This document shows positions 1 to 7,614 of a stretch of 16,850 bases of DNA, piece by piece; position 1 is the first letter of the stretch; every line of letters starts with the position of its first letter. The DNA is from a virus (Duplodnaviria > Heunggongvirae > Uroviricota > Caudoviricetes): the IMG/VR virus record IMGVR_UViG_2778261504_000002, positions 1 to 16,850 of that record; one strand, written 5' to 3'. The position numbers and the translations under genes were made by a program. The notes under the pieces were generated by a model. That model was not told where the DNA came from, searched no databases, and saw nothing but the letters and a program-made list of their open reading frames with translations.

Positions 1-301
<301 letters not shown>

Positions 302-305
<4 letters not shown>

Positions 306-919
306 AAATCATCCACCTTAGGCGCAGCTGAGACAGCAACATTCCAGAACTCAGAAAACATATTGTATGCACCAGATAGATTGGAAGTAGCATACCCTCC
401 AAGCTCACTTCTAATCTGAACGGCTCTCATCATTTCCGGGGTTAACTCCTTCGGCACCATAACCCAACCATCCGGAGTTACCGGAGAGTTGCCACCGGGA
501 ATATTTTCCGGAATATTTTGTTGTGCGTTTTGTGGTTGTTCTGATTTACCCTGAAGCATGGCGGCGCGGCAGGCGTTCCAGCCAGCTGTTCGCCCAAGCG
601 CGTAAACTTCAGATGGATCAAGATAATCAATGTCATGCCCGTCCTCATCGTCGTTCTCAGGTAATGCAGCAGGTACTACCGGTACTGGCGGAGCGGCGTA
701 GACCTCAATAATTCCATTATCAATAGGCCATTCTCCATCCTTGAGGTAGTCACTTGTGCCGTCAACTTGCTGTTCTGCAATGTGGAATGCACCTATTGGT
801 TTTGCTTCCAGCGATGCCAGAGCAATCCGTGCCAGTTCCATTTGTTCGCCACTAGTAAGTCCGTTATCAAGCGGGGATTTAATGAACAATTCGATACGTT
901 CTTTAGTGATAGTGCTCAT
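302..919 (-). CDS. hypothetical phage protein
   Basis: Track ORF 302..1018 trimmed to the ATG at 919 (MSTITKERIELF...), which has an AAGGAG Shine-Dalgarno about 6 nt upstream and sits 2 nt from the stop of the upstream gene. No recognisable domain. Confidence 0.5.
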
Positions 920-920
920 A

Positions 921-1478
921 TCACTCTCCTTTGATGCGAATGCCAGCTGCGCTTGCTGATTCTTCATATGCGCGTTTAGCAGCGTTAAGGATTGCTGCCA
1001 GTGGCGTATAGCCGCCATCCATTCGGATTGTGTTGTGGATGCCAGCCATTGTGTCGCGCAATTTGCTGTGGCTAGCAGACAGTTCTGCTATGCACTTCTC
1101 TGCGGCATCGGCTCGATCTTTTTCACGCTGGAACATTTTGTGAGTGCGGTCTATAGCTTCGATTCGTGCCGCTGATGTCTTCTGCACGGCTTCAAGCTCA
1201 ACACGCAGCTTCCCAACCGTAAGAGCAATATCCTCGTTCTTCTGGTCGCGGCGTTTGATGTATTGCTGGTTTCTTTCCCGTTCATCCAGTAGTGCCAGCA
1301 CGGTTTCTGGCCCGGTCAGAAATTTGAAGGCGTTGAGCGCATCAATATCCACACCGTAATCCTTAAGTTCCTGTTCAGTTAACAAATCATCATCAACTGG
1401 CAACATTAACAGGCGTTCCATTGCCGGAATTGCACGCTCTGCCGCCTCACGCAGTGCCTGATAGTCAATCTTGCTCAT
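921..1478 (-). CDS. hypothetical protein, predicted coiled-coil
   Basis: 185-aa ORF in the leftward operon, translationally coupled to its neighbours (4-nt start/stop overlaps). Charged, heptad-like composition. Function unknown. Confidence 0.55.
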   Translation of the reverse strand: MSKIDYQALREAAERAIPAMERLLMLPVDDDLLTEQELKDYGVDIDALNAFKFLTGPETVLALLDERERNQQYIKRRDQKNEDIALTVGKLRVELEAVQKTSAARIEAIDRTHKMFQREKDRADAAEKCIAELSASHSKLRDTMAGIHNTIRMDGGYTPLAAILNAAKRAYEESASAAGIRIKGE

Positions 1479-2050
1479 TGGATGACTCCTTTACGAAGCT
1501 GTTCGGCGATATCTTCGAGAACGCCATCAGAGAATGAACGGTCAAAATCGCCTTCCGGCGCATTGGCCATAAACTCAGTAGAGGTAAGAATCATCCGGGC
1601 AATATCAGCGGCGTTCTTCGCAGTATCATCAATAAAACCAGCTTCCCAGGCAGCCAGCATTCTGTTCGCCACAAAGTAAGCGCCCTCCTTGCGTGCTTCA
1701 GTCTTCACTTCAGGCAGAAAAGCATCGGTGGCTGGGGTTTCAGTAATATCATCTTCCCATTCGCTAAACTCCTCACGACAAAAGTCATTAAATTCCTTCT
1801 CAGATTGCTTAAGCGAGGAATTTTCAGCAGCCATCTTCGCGCATTTAGCCTCAAGGTTATCAATCGTGATTCCAGCAGAACGACACTCCCGCAACGCCGT
1901 TTCTAGTTTTGATTCAAGTTCACCGAACTTACGGACAAGATATTCATCGTTTGTTTCGTCAACCTTTAAATCACTTGGGATGCATTTACCTTTCAGAAAA
2001 CCATCCATCTCAATTAGTGTCATTTGTTTCATTTCTTCCCACTCCGCCAC
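1475..2050 (-). CDS. hypothetical protein
   Basis: 191-aa ORF in the same polarity, overlapping both neighbours. Acidic with a coiled-coil-like central region. Function unknown. Confidence 0.55.
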   Translation of the reverse strand: MAEWEEMKQMTLIEMDGFLKGKCIPSDLKVDETNDEYLVRKFGELESKLETALRECRSAGITIDNLEAKCAKMAAENSSLKQSEKEFNDFCREEFSEWEDDITETPATDAFLPEVKTEARKEGAYFVANRMLAAWEAGFIDDTAKNAADIARMILTSTEFMANAPEGDFDRSFSDGVLEDIAEQLRKGVIQ

Positions 2051-2193
2051 ATCGCATTCAGATATTTGTTGTCATTAACAGAACCGAAACTCTTTCTCTT
2101 AAGCAATTCCTCTCTCGATGGCATTGGCTTTGCGCGTTGGCGAATAATCATTTCTGCCGGAAGAATGCCGGGATTGTATGCAAGTCCTCTCAT
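2029..2193 (-). CDS. small hypothetical protein (start uncertain)
   Basis: Track ORF 2029..2343 overlaps the upstream gene in another frame. An internal ATG at 2193 is preceded by GAGGAA; an alternative ATG lies at 2211. About 55 aa. Confidence 0.3.
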   Translation of the reverse strand: MRGLAYNPGILPAEMIIRQRAKPMPSREELLKRKSFGSVNDNKYLNAMWRSGKK

Positions 2194-2203
2194 GGTAAAT
2201 TCC

Positions 2204-2497
2204 TCAGTCATTACTGATAGCGCCATAGCGTGAGCGGTAATTACGCAGGCGCGGGTCAATTTCAGGGAAGTGGGTATATGTGGCTTTGCGGAATGGTCGG
2301 ATTGATGTCTGGTAAATTCGCTCGCGTTCTTCTTTCTCTGCAAGCCATATACAATGGCGAAATTCCTTTTCCTCTTTCGTTTCCTGCGGTAGCGACATTA
2401 TCCGATCGTAGTTTTTTCTGAATTTATCCAGCACCTCCGATACGGAATTGCCGGAACAGCGGCGCGCGTCATCCGCACCATACAGAGGCGCTGGCAT
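2204..2497 (-). CDS. hypothetical protein
   Basis: 97-aa ORF starting 16 nt downstream of the exonuclease stop with a GGAG-type ribosome-binding site. No recognisable domain. Confidence 0.5.
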   Translation of the reverse strand: MPAPLYGADDARRCSGNSVSEVLDKFRKNYDRIMSLPQETKEEKEFRHCIWLAEKEERERIYQTSIRPFRKATYTHFPEIDPRLRNYRSRYGAISND

Positions 2498-2513
2498 GGT
2501 TTTCTCCTGTTGA

Positions 2514-3062
2514 TTATTTAGCTAACTTTTTCCAGATCGCTGAAACGTATTTGGCTTGGTGAATGGCATCATCAAGCGCGTTGTGGCGAGTTCCTTTGAA
2601 TGGCATATCTCGCTTAGGGTCTAATCCTATTACCCTCCCAAGTTCGACGATTGTTCTTACGTCGCGGTCATTCCACCACTGCCACGGAACTGGCTGCCCT
2701 GTCAGCGAATAACTGTTTCGGAGAATAACGCAGTCAAATGATGCTCCATTCCCCCAAACCTGAACGAATTTGTGGTTAGCGTTCTTTATGATGAATTCAG
2801 ATAACCATGAAAGAGCCGTTGAAAGCTCCTGAGTGTTGCTGGTTAGCGATTTTCTGGCTTCTTCACTCTGTTCCAGCCACCATAAAATCGTTGAAGCGTC
2901 AGGACGCGCCCGATATCGCATTGATGACTCAAGCGAGATATTTACCGAGAACTCTTCTCCTGTTTCTCCGGTATTCGGGTCAAAGAATACCGCCCCAATA
3001 GAAATAACTGGCGCATATGGCCCGTTGCCCATTGTTTCAAGGTCAACCATTAAGTGATTCAT
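2514..3062 (-). CDS. DnaQ-like (DEDDh) 3'-5' exonuclease
   Basis: 182-aa ORF with N-terminal MVDLETMG (Exo I DxE motif) and C-terminal HNALDDA (Exo III H-x4-D motif). Sits directly downstream of ssb in the recombination module. Confidence 0.75.
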   Translation of the reverse strand: MNHLMVDLETMGNGPYAPVISIGAVFFDPNTGETGEEFSVNISLESSMRYRARPDASTILWWLEQSEEARKSLTSNTQELSTALSWLSEFIIKNANHKFVQVWGNGASFDCVILRNSYSLTGQPVPWQWWNDRDVRTIVELGRVIGLDPKRDMPFKGTRHNALDDAIHQAKYVSAIWKKLAK

Positions 3063-3070
3063 GTAAGTCC

Positions 3071-3577
3071 TTAAATTGCGTGAATAGCGTGACGAGGGAA
3101 GGGGAGAGTTACTGGTGCAAAGGGTATATCGTCGTCAAAATCCATCGGAGGTTCGTTGTGTTGTGCTGGTGATGATTGCTGCTGTGGCTTCTGTGATTGC
3201 CTGCTGGCTGCTTGTTGTTTGCTGTCGCCAATTCCGCCAAGCATTTGCATCACGCCATTAATTCCGACATGAACCTCGGTTGTGTAACGGTCTTGCCCTG
3301 ACTGGTCTTTCCACTTTCTGGTTCTCAGCATTCCCTCGAAATAAATCTGATCACCTTTTTTCACATACTGCCCCACGACCTCAGCCAGTTTCCCGGATAT
3401 AGCAACACGATGCCATTCAGTCAATTCCTTTTGCTCGCCAGTATTTTTATCTCGCCATTGTTCTGACGTGGCTATTGTCAGGTTAGCGAACGCTGTACCT
3501 GATGGTGAGTATCGAACTTCCGGGTCTTGTCCTACCCGACCAAGGATAATCACCTTATTTACGCCTCTGCTTGCCAT
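3071..3577 (-). CDS. ssb: single-stranded DNA-binding protein
   Basis: N-terminal OB-fold sequence closely resembles E. coli SSB ([21 protein letters not shown]...TEWHRV), followed by a Q/S/P-rich linker and the acidic [10 protein letters not shown] tail. The ORF unusually continues 15 codons past DDDIPF. Confidence 0.9.
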   Translation of the reverse strand: MASRGVNKVIILGRVGQDPEVRYSPSGTAFANLTIATSEQWRDKNTGEQKELTEWHRVAISGKLAEVVGQYVKKGDQIYFEGMLRTRKWKDQSGQDRYTTEVHVGINGVMQMLGGIGDSKQQAASRQSQKPQQQSSPAQHNEPPMDFDDDIPFAPVTLPFPRHAIHAI

Positions 3578-4285
3578 TTATGCCGCCTGTTTTAGTTCGT
3601 TAACTCTGATGTTCATTACCTGAACGCATTTAGCCTGCGCCTCCTCATTGCCAGCCATTAATTGCCAGTCACGCTGATAACGCTCGATGAGTTTTTTCTT
3701 GTCAGTTTCTGTTGACGCATAATCGCTGAAGTCTTTCAGGATTTGTTCGCAGTCAACCGATGGAGATTTCTGGTTGGTATTTTCTGGTGATGGTTTGTTA
3801 TCTGATGCTGGTATTGCCCATCCCGGCAGCGATGGAGGGAGCCAGTAAAATCCTGTTCCATCCTTGAGTTTTGCCCTGTGCCATCCCTGCTTTTTATCGA
3901 GAGATGTTTGTGCGAAACCTTCCTCAAGGTTATACAGATACCGACCGATTCCCCACTGAACGGCAGCGCGCTTCATTGCACCGGAACGACCACCTTTGAC
4001 GGCTTCTACCTGCGTGTTTTCAGCAGCATCCCATTTGGTTACCCATTCGGAATCAATCTTTATTGATATGCCGCATTCAACGCCGCCGTTGTTGGGAATA
4101 TCGCGGTATTCATTGCGCCATCCTGCTTTGCCGCAAACATCGTCCAGGCGTTTCATGATTGCCCGGTTCGTTACATAAGCCAGCACCATAGCCCACACTT
4201 TGCCATCGCGTGTTTTACCGCTTTGCTGTATTCGCCATTCGATATCTTCAGGGCTGAATGGCTCATCGAATTTATTCAAATCCAT
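3578..4285 (-). CDS. single-strand annealing recombinase, Rad52/Sak-like
   Basis: 235-aa ORF immediately upstream of ssb and abutting it. The motif AMKRAAVQWGIGRYLY resembles the conserved Rad52-fold region. Start has a GAGGTG ribosome-binding site. Confidence 0.65.
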   Translation of the reverse strand: MDLNKFDEPFSPEDIEWRIQQSGKTRDGKVWAMVLAYVTNRAIMKRLDDVCGKAGWRNEYRDIPNNGGVECGISIKIDSEWVTKWDAAENTQVEAVKGGRSGAMKRAAVQWGIGRYLYNLEEGFAQTSLDKKQGWHRAKLKDGTGFYWLPPSLPGWAIPASDNKPSPENTNQKSPSVDCEQILKDFSDYASTETDKKKLIERYQRDWQLMAGNEEAQAKCVQVMNIRVNELKQAA

Positions 4286-4293
4286 AATTCACC

Positions 4294-4464
4294 TCAGAAT
4301 GGACACGGCCCAAGGAAATAACGCTGATTTAATACTTCAACTCGGGACAAATTAAGGCATACCCGCATTCCTTCGCGGTCGCCATTATGGCGATACCAGA
4401 GAGCTTTCTGCGTGTACATGCGTCTCTGTAACTTGCTCTCCTTCACTGTGGTTGCAAGTGACAT
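4294..4464 (-). CDS. small hypothetical ORF (56 aa)
   Basis: Hand-translated ORF below the track threshold (MSLATTVKESKLQRRMYTQ...), with AAGGAG 7 nt upstream of the ATG. Overlaps another small ORF (4385..4543) in a different frame, so at most one is likely fully real. Confidence 0.25.
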   Translation of the reverse strand: MSLATTVKESKLQRRMYTQKALWYRHNGDREGMRVCLNLSRVEVLNQRYFLGPCPF

Positions 4465-4543
4465 GAATATCTCCTTCGTTACCGATTAATTCTTTCATCT
4501 GACGAATGAATTCTTCGTCTGACCAGTTATCTGTAAAACTCAT
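4385..4543 (-). CDS. small hypothetical acidic ORF (52 aa)
   Basis: Hand-translated (MSFTDNWSDEEFIRQMKELIGNEGDIHV...). ATG overlaps the stop of the Kil-like ORF; ribosome-binding site is weak. Competes with 4294..4464. Confidence 0.25.
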   Translation of the reverse strand: MSFTDNWSDEEFIRQMKELIGNEGDIHVTCNHSEGEQVTETHVHAESSLVSP

Positions 4544-4692
4544 TTCCTGCGATACCACGGATGGTTGATAGCTGATTTCATCGCTTTATTTGCTTCAAGC
4601 CACATTTTTGAATCACCAATAAATCTGGCTATTACTGCTTTGTTCTGTGCAGCACGAAGCATCTGGTGATTGATGGCTATTTCATTGCGCAT
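4540..4692 (-). CDS. kil: Kil-like small protein (host division inhibitor family)
   Basis: Hand-translated 50-aa ORF MRNEIAINHQMLRAAQNKAVIARFIGDSKMWLEANKAMKSAINHPWYRRK. The FIGDxKM..EA core resembles lambda Kil as I recall it. GGAGG sits 5 nt upstream of the ATG. Position between cIII-like and the recombination genes matches lambda gene order. Confidence 0.45.
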   Translation of the reverse strand: MRNEIAINHQMLRAAQNKAVIARFIGDSKMWLEANKAMKSAINHPWYRRK

Positions 4693-4811
4693 AACGCCTC
4701 CAGTTGTTTCTTTGCTGCTCTGATTAATTGTTTAACTCGGCGTGATAATTCAGATTCGTGCGGGTAGAAAGCGGACATGACGCCGCTACCCGCGAGCTGA
4801 AAGTGCATCAT
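4677..4811 (-). CDS. cIII: cIII-like small protein (FtsH inhibitor family)
   Basis: Hand-translated 44-aa ORF MMHFQLAGSGVMSAFYPHESELSRRVKQLIRAAKKQLEALCAMK. The pattern AG..V....P.ES.L.R..R.L resembles lambda CIII (IAGWPVAGCPSESLLERITRKL). AAGGAG 6 nt upstream. The 79-aa track ORF 4677..4916 contains it, but its N-terminal part looks non-coding. Confidence 0.5.
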   Translation of the reverse strand: MMHFQLAGSGVMSAFYPHESELSRRVKQLIRAAKKQLEALCAMK

Positions 4812-4994
4812 GGGTAACTCCTTATATTTGATTGCATAACGAAAACGCCTCGAGTGAAGCGTTATTGGTATGCATATAAAAAAGCCCTCACACTGGAGGG
4901 CAAAGAAGATTTCCAATAATCAGAACAAGTCGGCTCCTGTTTAGTTACGAGCGACATTGCTCACATAGCAGACTCGCAAATCTGCTATAGGTGC

Positions 4995-5153
4995 TTATTC
5001 GCATCGCATGACAACATCAAATTTTTCGAGATTACTTTGTCGCAACAATCCTTCTTCTACGCGGTCAGCTTTTCTATAATTATCAAATTCGAAATGTTTA
5101 ATTACTTCTTTCGTTTCTCGCTCTATAACTTCAACAATGTATTTCTTATTCAT
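4995..5153 (-). CDS. small hypothetical ORF (about 52 aa)
   Basis: Hand-translated ORF (MNKKYIVEVIERETKEVIKHFEF...) whose ATG overlaps the stop of the upstream 98-aa gene (ATGA arrangement). AT-rich, below the track threshold. Confidence 0.3.
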   Translation of the reverse strand: MNKKYIVEVIERETKEVIKHFEFDNYRKADRVEEGLLRQSNLEKFDVVMRCE

Positions 5154-5449
5154 CATTCTTCCCCAAGAGCTTTTCTGATTGCTGCAAGACCTTTATTAAC
5201 AGCTCCATACCATTCTGGATATGTTGTCTTTGTTCTATTTTTGGTTTGCTTAAGTAATAACTGAAGTGCTTCGAGAAGGTCAGGTGCTGCCGCTATTAGA
5301 TTGGCATCTTCAATGCATTGAACTTCCTCACAGATTGCAATATACGAACGCCAGCCTGCGCCATTTTCAAGTGAGTCTGCCTGGATGATTTTAATCTCAT
5401 CGCCATCCATCATTATTTCCCACTTACCTTCAGTACCTTTAAATTCCAT
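5153..5449 (-). CDS. hypothetical protein
   Basis: 98-aa ORF in pL-operon polarity, immediately downstream of a terminator-like hairpin. No recognisable domain. Confidence 0.5.
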   Translation of the reverse strand: MEFKGTEGKWEIMMDGDEIKIIQADSLENGAGWRSYIAICEEVQCIEDANLIAAAPDLLEALQLLLKQTKNRTKTTYPEWYGAVNKGLAAIRKALGEE

Positions 5450-5470
5450 GTTAGCCTCTGTTGTTTATGC

Positions 5471-5496
5471 CAAAAATAAAGGCCGACTATTCGGCC
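5471..5496 (-). terminator. intrinsic terminator-like hairpin within the pL operon
   Basis: GGCCGA-N4-TCGGCC stem at 5481..5496, followed on the minus strand by TTTATTTTTG. The hairpin overlaps the stop codon of the 107-aa gene. A candidate N-suppressible terminator. Confidence 0.5.
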
Positions 5497-5810
5497 TTAT
5501 CTACATTCCTGAACCAAACGCAGATCGGACCGTCTTCTGTATCGTGAATCGAACCGACAAACCATCCTTCTCCATCTGGCATGCTTGGCTCCCATCCACT
5601 GATGTTTTGATTCCCATCTTCAAAATACGCGTCAATTACCGTTTGATTGTTGTCGTTTTCCATTTCAACAATTGATGATTCAATGCCATGCTGCTTGCAG
5701 AAAGATCTGAACTCATCAGCTGAAATTACCTCTCTATCCCCAAACAGGTTGGCGTATTCTGGGTGCGTCCAGTAGCCATCCTCGCTTCGCTCTACTACTA
5801 ATGCTTCCAT
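5487..5810 (-). CDS. hypothetical, strongly acidic protein
   Basis: 107-aa ORF with a GAGGTG ribosome-binding site. About 24 Asp/Glu against about 6 basic residues. No recognisable domain. Confidence 0.55.
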   Translation of the reverse strand: MEALVVERSEDGYWTHPEYANLFGDREVISADEFRSFCKQHGIESSIVEMENDNNQTVIDAYFEDGNQNISGWEPSMPDGEGWFVGSIHDTEDGPICVWFRNVDKAE

Positions 5811-5990
5811 ATCTCACCTCAAATAAGTGGTTTGCTGCCTAATTTCATTTTCTGGCGACCAACACAAGTCACACCCATTTCACTGCGTGGCTTGCTGTAG
5901 TAAAGATTGTGCCTGTCTTTTAACCACATCAGGCTCGGTGGTTCTCGTGTACCCCTACAGCGAGAAAAATAGTAAAATCCTCTCACCCCC

Positions 5991-6353
5991 TTATTTTATC
6001 AGGGGGATATCTCCTTCAGTTCTGACCATTCGCCTTAATACTTTCCTTAAGTCGATGTAAAGTTGAAGGTCTCCATTTGCTGCGGCATCAGCCATTTTTT
6101 GCCTGACAAGCAGTAATGTTTCATACGGCTCAATAAGAATATCGTCATGAGTAATTAGGTGAAGCGTTGCCGCATCAACTATTCCTAGAGCTGCGCCAAG
6201 TATCAAAAATTCCCTGCTATTTTTGTCACATGAGGAGGTAAGCGTATTTAGCGCATACCTAATATTCTTTATAGCTGTTGTTAATGCTGCAATTTCTTCT
6301 ATGGCGTCTTCTTCAATGAGCTTTTTAAGCTCATATTTTTCTTCCTGACCCAT
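5991..6353 (-). CDS. hypothetical protein
   Basis: Track ORF 5991..6422 trimmed to the ATG at 6353 (MGQEEKYELKK...), which follows a GAGG ribosome-binding site and lies 2 nt downstream of the N stop. A hairpin CCCCCT-N9-AGGGGG overlaps its stop codon. Confidence 0.5.
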   Translation of the reverse strand: MGQEEKYELKKLIEEDAIEEIAALTTAIKNIRYALNTLTSSCDKNSREFLILGAALGIVDAATLHLITHDDILIEPYETLLLVRQKMADAAANGDLQLYIDLRKVLRRMVRTEGDIPLIK

Positions 6354-6355
6354 AA

Positions 6356-6739
6356 TTACCTCGCCGTCAGTTGTTTTGATTTCCGGTAGCCTGCCGCGTA
6401 AATGGCTACGTTTGGAAGACATACACCAGTTTCTGGTTGCTTATGTCCAAACTCATTCGCGTACACAATGGCCGCTCGCTCCAGATTGCGTCTGTATTCT
6501 TTCTGTTGCCAGATCACGTCCTGTGCCATGAACTTAATTGGCTTAGCGTCTTCTATGCGCTCAGGCGTTTCGTGAGTACCTTTAGCCTGAATCTGCGCTC
6601 TGCTTAGAGTAGGGCGGTGTAATACTTCTGAACTTATTGCTTCTTCGCGGGCCAGTACGCCGTTAGCTAATGCCTTTGCCTTTAAACGCTCACGACGACG
6701 AGAACGTGAATTGCCTTTGAACTGAGTTCTGCGTGTCAT
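6356..6739 (-). CDS. N: N-type transcription antitermination protein (P22 gp24 family)
   Basis: Track ORF 6356..6841 trimmed to the ATG at 6739, preceded by AGGAGG. The N-terminus has an arginine-rich motif (TRRTQFKGNSRSRRRERLKAKA). The C-terminus LPNVAIYAAGYRKSKQLTAR closely matches the end of P22 gp24 (LLPGVALYAAGHRKSKQITAR) as I recall it. Confidence 0.75.
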   Translation of the reverse strand: MTRRTQFKGNSRSRRRERLKAKALANGVLAREEAISSEVLHRPTLSRAQIQAKGTHETPERIEDAKPIKFMAQDVIWQQKEYRRNLERAAIVYANEFGHKQPETGVCLPNVAIYAAGYRKSKQLTAR

Positions 6740-6868
6740 ATAGACCTCCTGATGAACTTTGGTGGTGAATACAGCCGGGCGACTAACTCCGGTCGCGTAA
6801 TCATTGCAAAGCGCCTCCGCCGAGAAGGTTAGCTTCTGCATTCACCCCAAAGTTCACTTTGGTTATTG

Positions 6869-6883
6869 CGCTTTGTCAGCGCC
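6869..6883 (-). promoter_or_regulatory. nutL boxB hairpin (P22-type)
   Basis: Minus strand reads GCGCTGACAAAGCGC, a 5-bp stem with a GACAA loop, between pL and N. A convincing boxA was not found. Confidence 0.6.
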
Positions 6884-6950
6884 GTAGATTCATATTCGAA
6901 TCGTTGTATATTCACCGCCCTGGTGAGTAGTGCGTCCTGCTGATGGGTGA

Positions 6951-6998
6951 ACTTTATCGGAATGATAAATTAATGGCAATAGCAAAATGATAAATTCT
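6951..6998 (-). promoter_or_regulatory. pL promoter with OL operator repeats
   Basis: Minus strand reads TTGCCA-17 nt-TAAAGT (-35 at 6974..6979, -10 at 6951..6956). The 10-mer ATGATAAATT occurs at 6962..6971 and 6987..6996 and again in the cI-cro intergenic region. Confidence 0.55.
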
Positions 6999-7170
6999 CT
7001 TGGTTTTCAAATATCGTATTGATTCTTATGGTGTTTTATTTTGTTGTAGGAATTCGACAGGATAAATAAAGAGATTTGAGGGAGATCTGGATTGCGTTGT
7101 TTAGCAAGTTGTATCTATTTATTTTTCAACAAATACAATTGGTTATGTGTTTTTAGGTGTGGGGATCGTG

Positions 7171-7200
7171 AGGCAAAGAAAACCCGGCGCTGAGGCCGGG
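7171..7200 (-). terminator. intrinsic terminator downstream of the TAC module
   Basis: CCCGGC-N6-GCCGGG hairpin at 7183..7200, followed on the minus strand by TTTTCTTTG. Lies 10 nt after the stop of the chaperone gene. Confidence 0.55.
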
Positions 7201-7209
7201 TGGGGAATT

Positions 7210-7614
7210 TCACTTATTACTGTTCGTTTCCATGGGATTGGCCAAGAAATCAAAATAAGGCAGAGTGAACCTACCAAGGTTTGACATGAGGATAATTTGC
7301 TCGGCATATGTTTTTATATAGGGATATGCCATATTGGGAGCAATGGACCTTACCTCATATGATTTTGCCATTTCATGAGAAAAATCATCTTCTGACCGGA
7401 AGTCAAAGTCGTATGTGATGTCCATCTCAAGCCTGCCTTCAATAGTTACGGAGGCAAAATATCTCACTCTAAATAGCTTTGAATCCTTCACATTAGTGTA
7501 AAGTTCATTATTTAGATTAACGGTTGTTTTTATGGCTTTTTTTGCTGTTGAATCGCCTTCTAGCCGTGTCATAACCAAGCGTTCAACTTTTTTGCTAATG
7601 AGTTCAATTTTCAT
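7210..7614 (-). CDS. SecB-like chaperone of a toxin-antitoxin-chaperone (TAC) system
   Basis: 134-aa ORF whose start overlaps the antitoxin stop (ATGA). C-terminal region IAPNMAYPYIKTYAEQIILMSNLGRFTLPYFDF resembles SecB ([25 protein letters not shown]) and the M. tuberculosis TAC chaperone Rv1957 (YPYIREYVYDLTGRLALPPL). AT-rich compared with flanking phage DNA. Similarity judged from memory. Confidence 0.6.
   Translation of the reverse strand: MKIELISKKVERLVMTRLEGDSTAKKAIKTTVNLNNELYTNVKDSKLFRVRYFASVTIEGRLEMDITYDFDFRSEDDFSHEMAKSYEVRSIAPNMAYPYIKTYAEQIILMSNLGRFTLPYFDFLANPMETNSNK

Noticed and set aside
523-1359. Plus-strand ORFs 523..711, 756..959 and 1144..1359
   Set aside because: They lie antisense within better-supported minus-strand genes, have no ribosome-binding sites and have low-complexity or Cys/Ser-rich translations. 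Treated as shadow ORFs.
1482-2421. Plus-strand ORFs 1482..1679, 1689..2078, 1909..2217, 2024..2233 and 2230..2421
   Set aside because: Antisense to the leftward operon genes, Ser-rich and unstructured, with no translational signals.
2807-4178. ORFs 2807..3001, 2833..3057, 3736..3927, 3878..4066 and 3996..4178
   Set aside because: Nested inside the exonuclease or annealing-protein genes in alternative frames or on the opposite strand. The host genes have clear homology, so these are not called.
4677-4916. Full-length 79-aa minus-strand ORF
   Set aside because: The N-terminal part (MEIFFALQCEGFFICIPITL...) looks non-coding and lacks a ribosome-binding site. Only the C-terminal 44 aa, starting at the AAGGAG-preceded ATG at 4811, is called as the cIII-like gene.
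5037-5264. Plus-strand 75-aa ORF
   Set aside because: AT-rich, Phe/Asn-rich low-complexity translation, antisense to the small minus-strand ORF and to the 3' end of the 98-aa gene.
5385-6060. Plus-strand ORFs 5385..5675 and 5827..6060 (the latter at the position and orientation where lambda has sieB)
   Set aside because: The first is antisense to two minus-strand genes. The second is Cys-rich, has no ribosome-binding site and has a composition unlike a membrane exclusion protein. There is not enough support to call a sieB analogue.
6356-6841. Long forms of N (6356..6841), of the 5991..6422 ORF and of the 302..1018 ORF
   Set aside because: Upstream in-frame sequence lacks ribosome-binding sites and would overlap neighbouring genes extensively. 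Internal ATGs with strong Shine-Dalgarno sequences were chosen.
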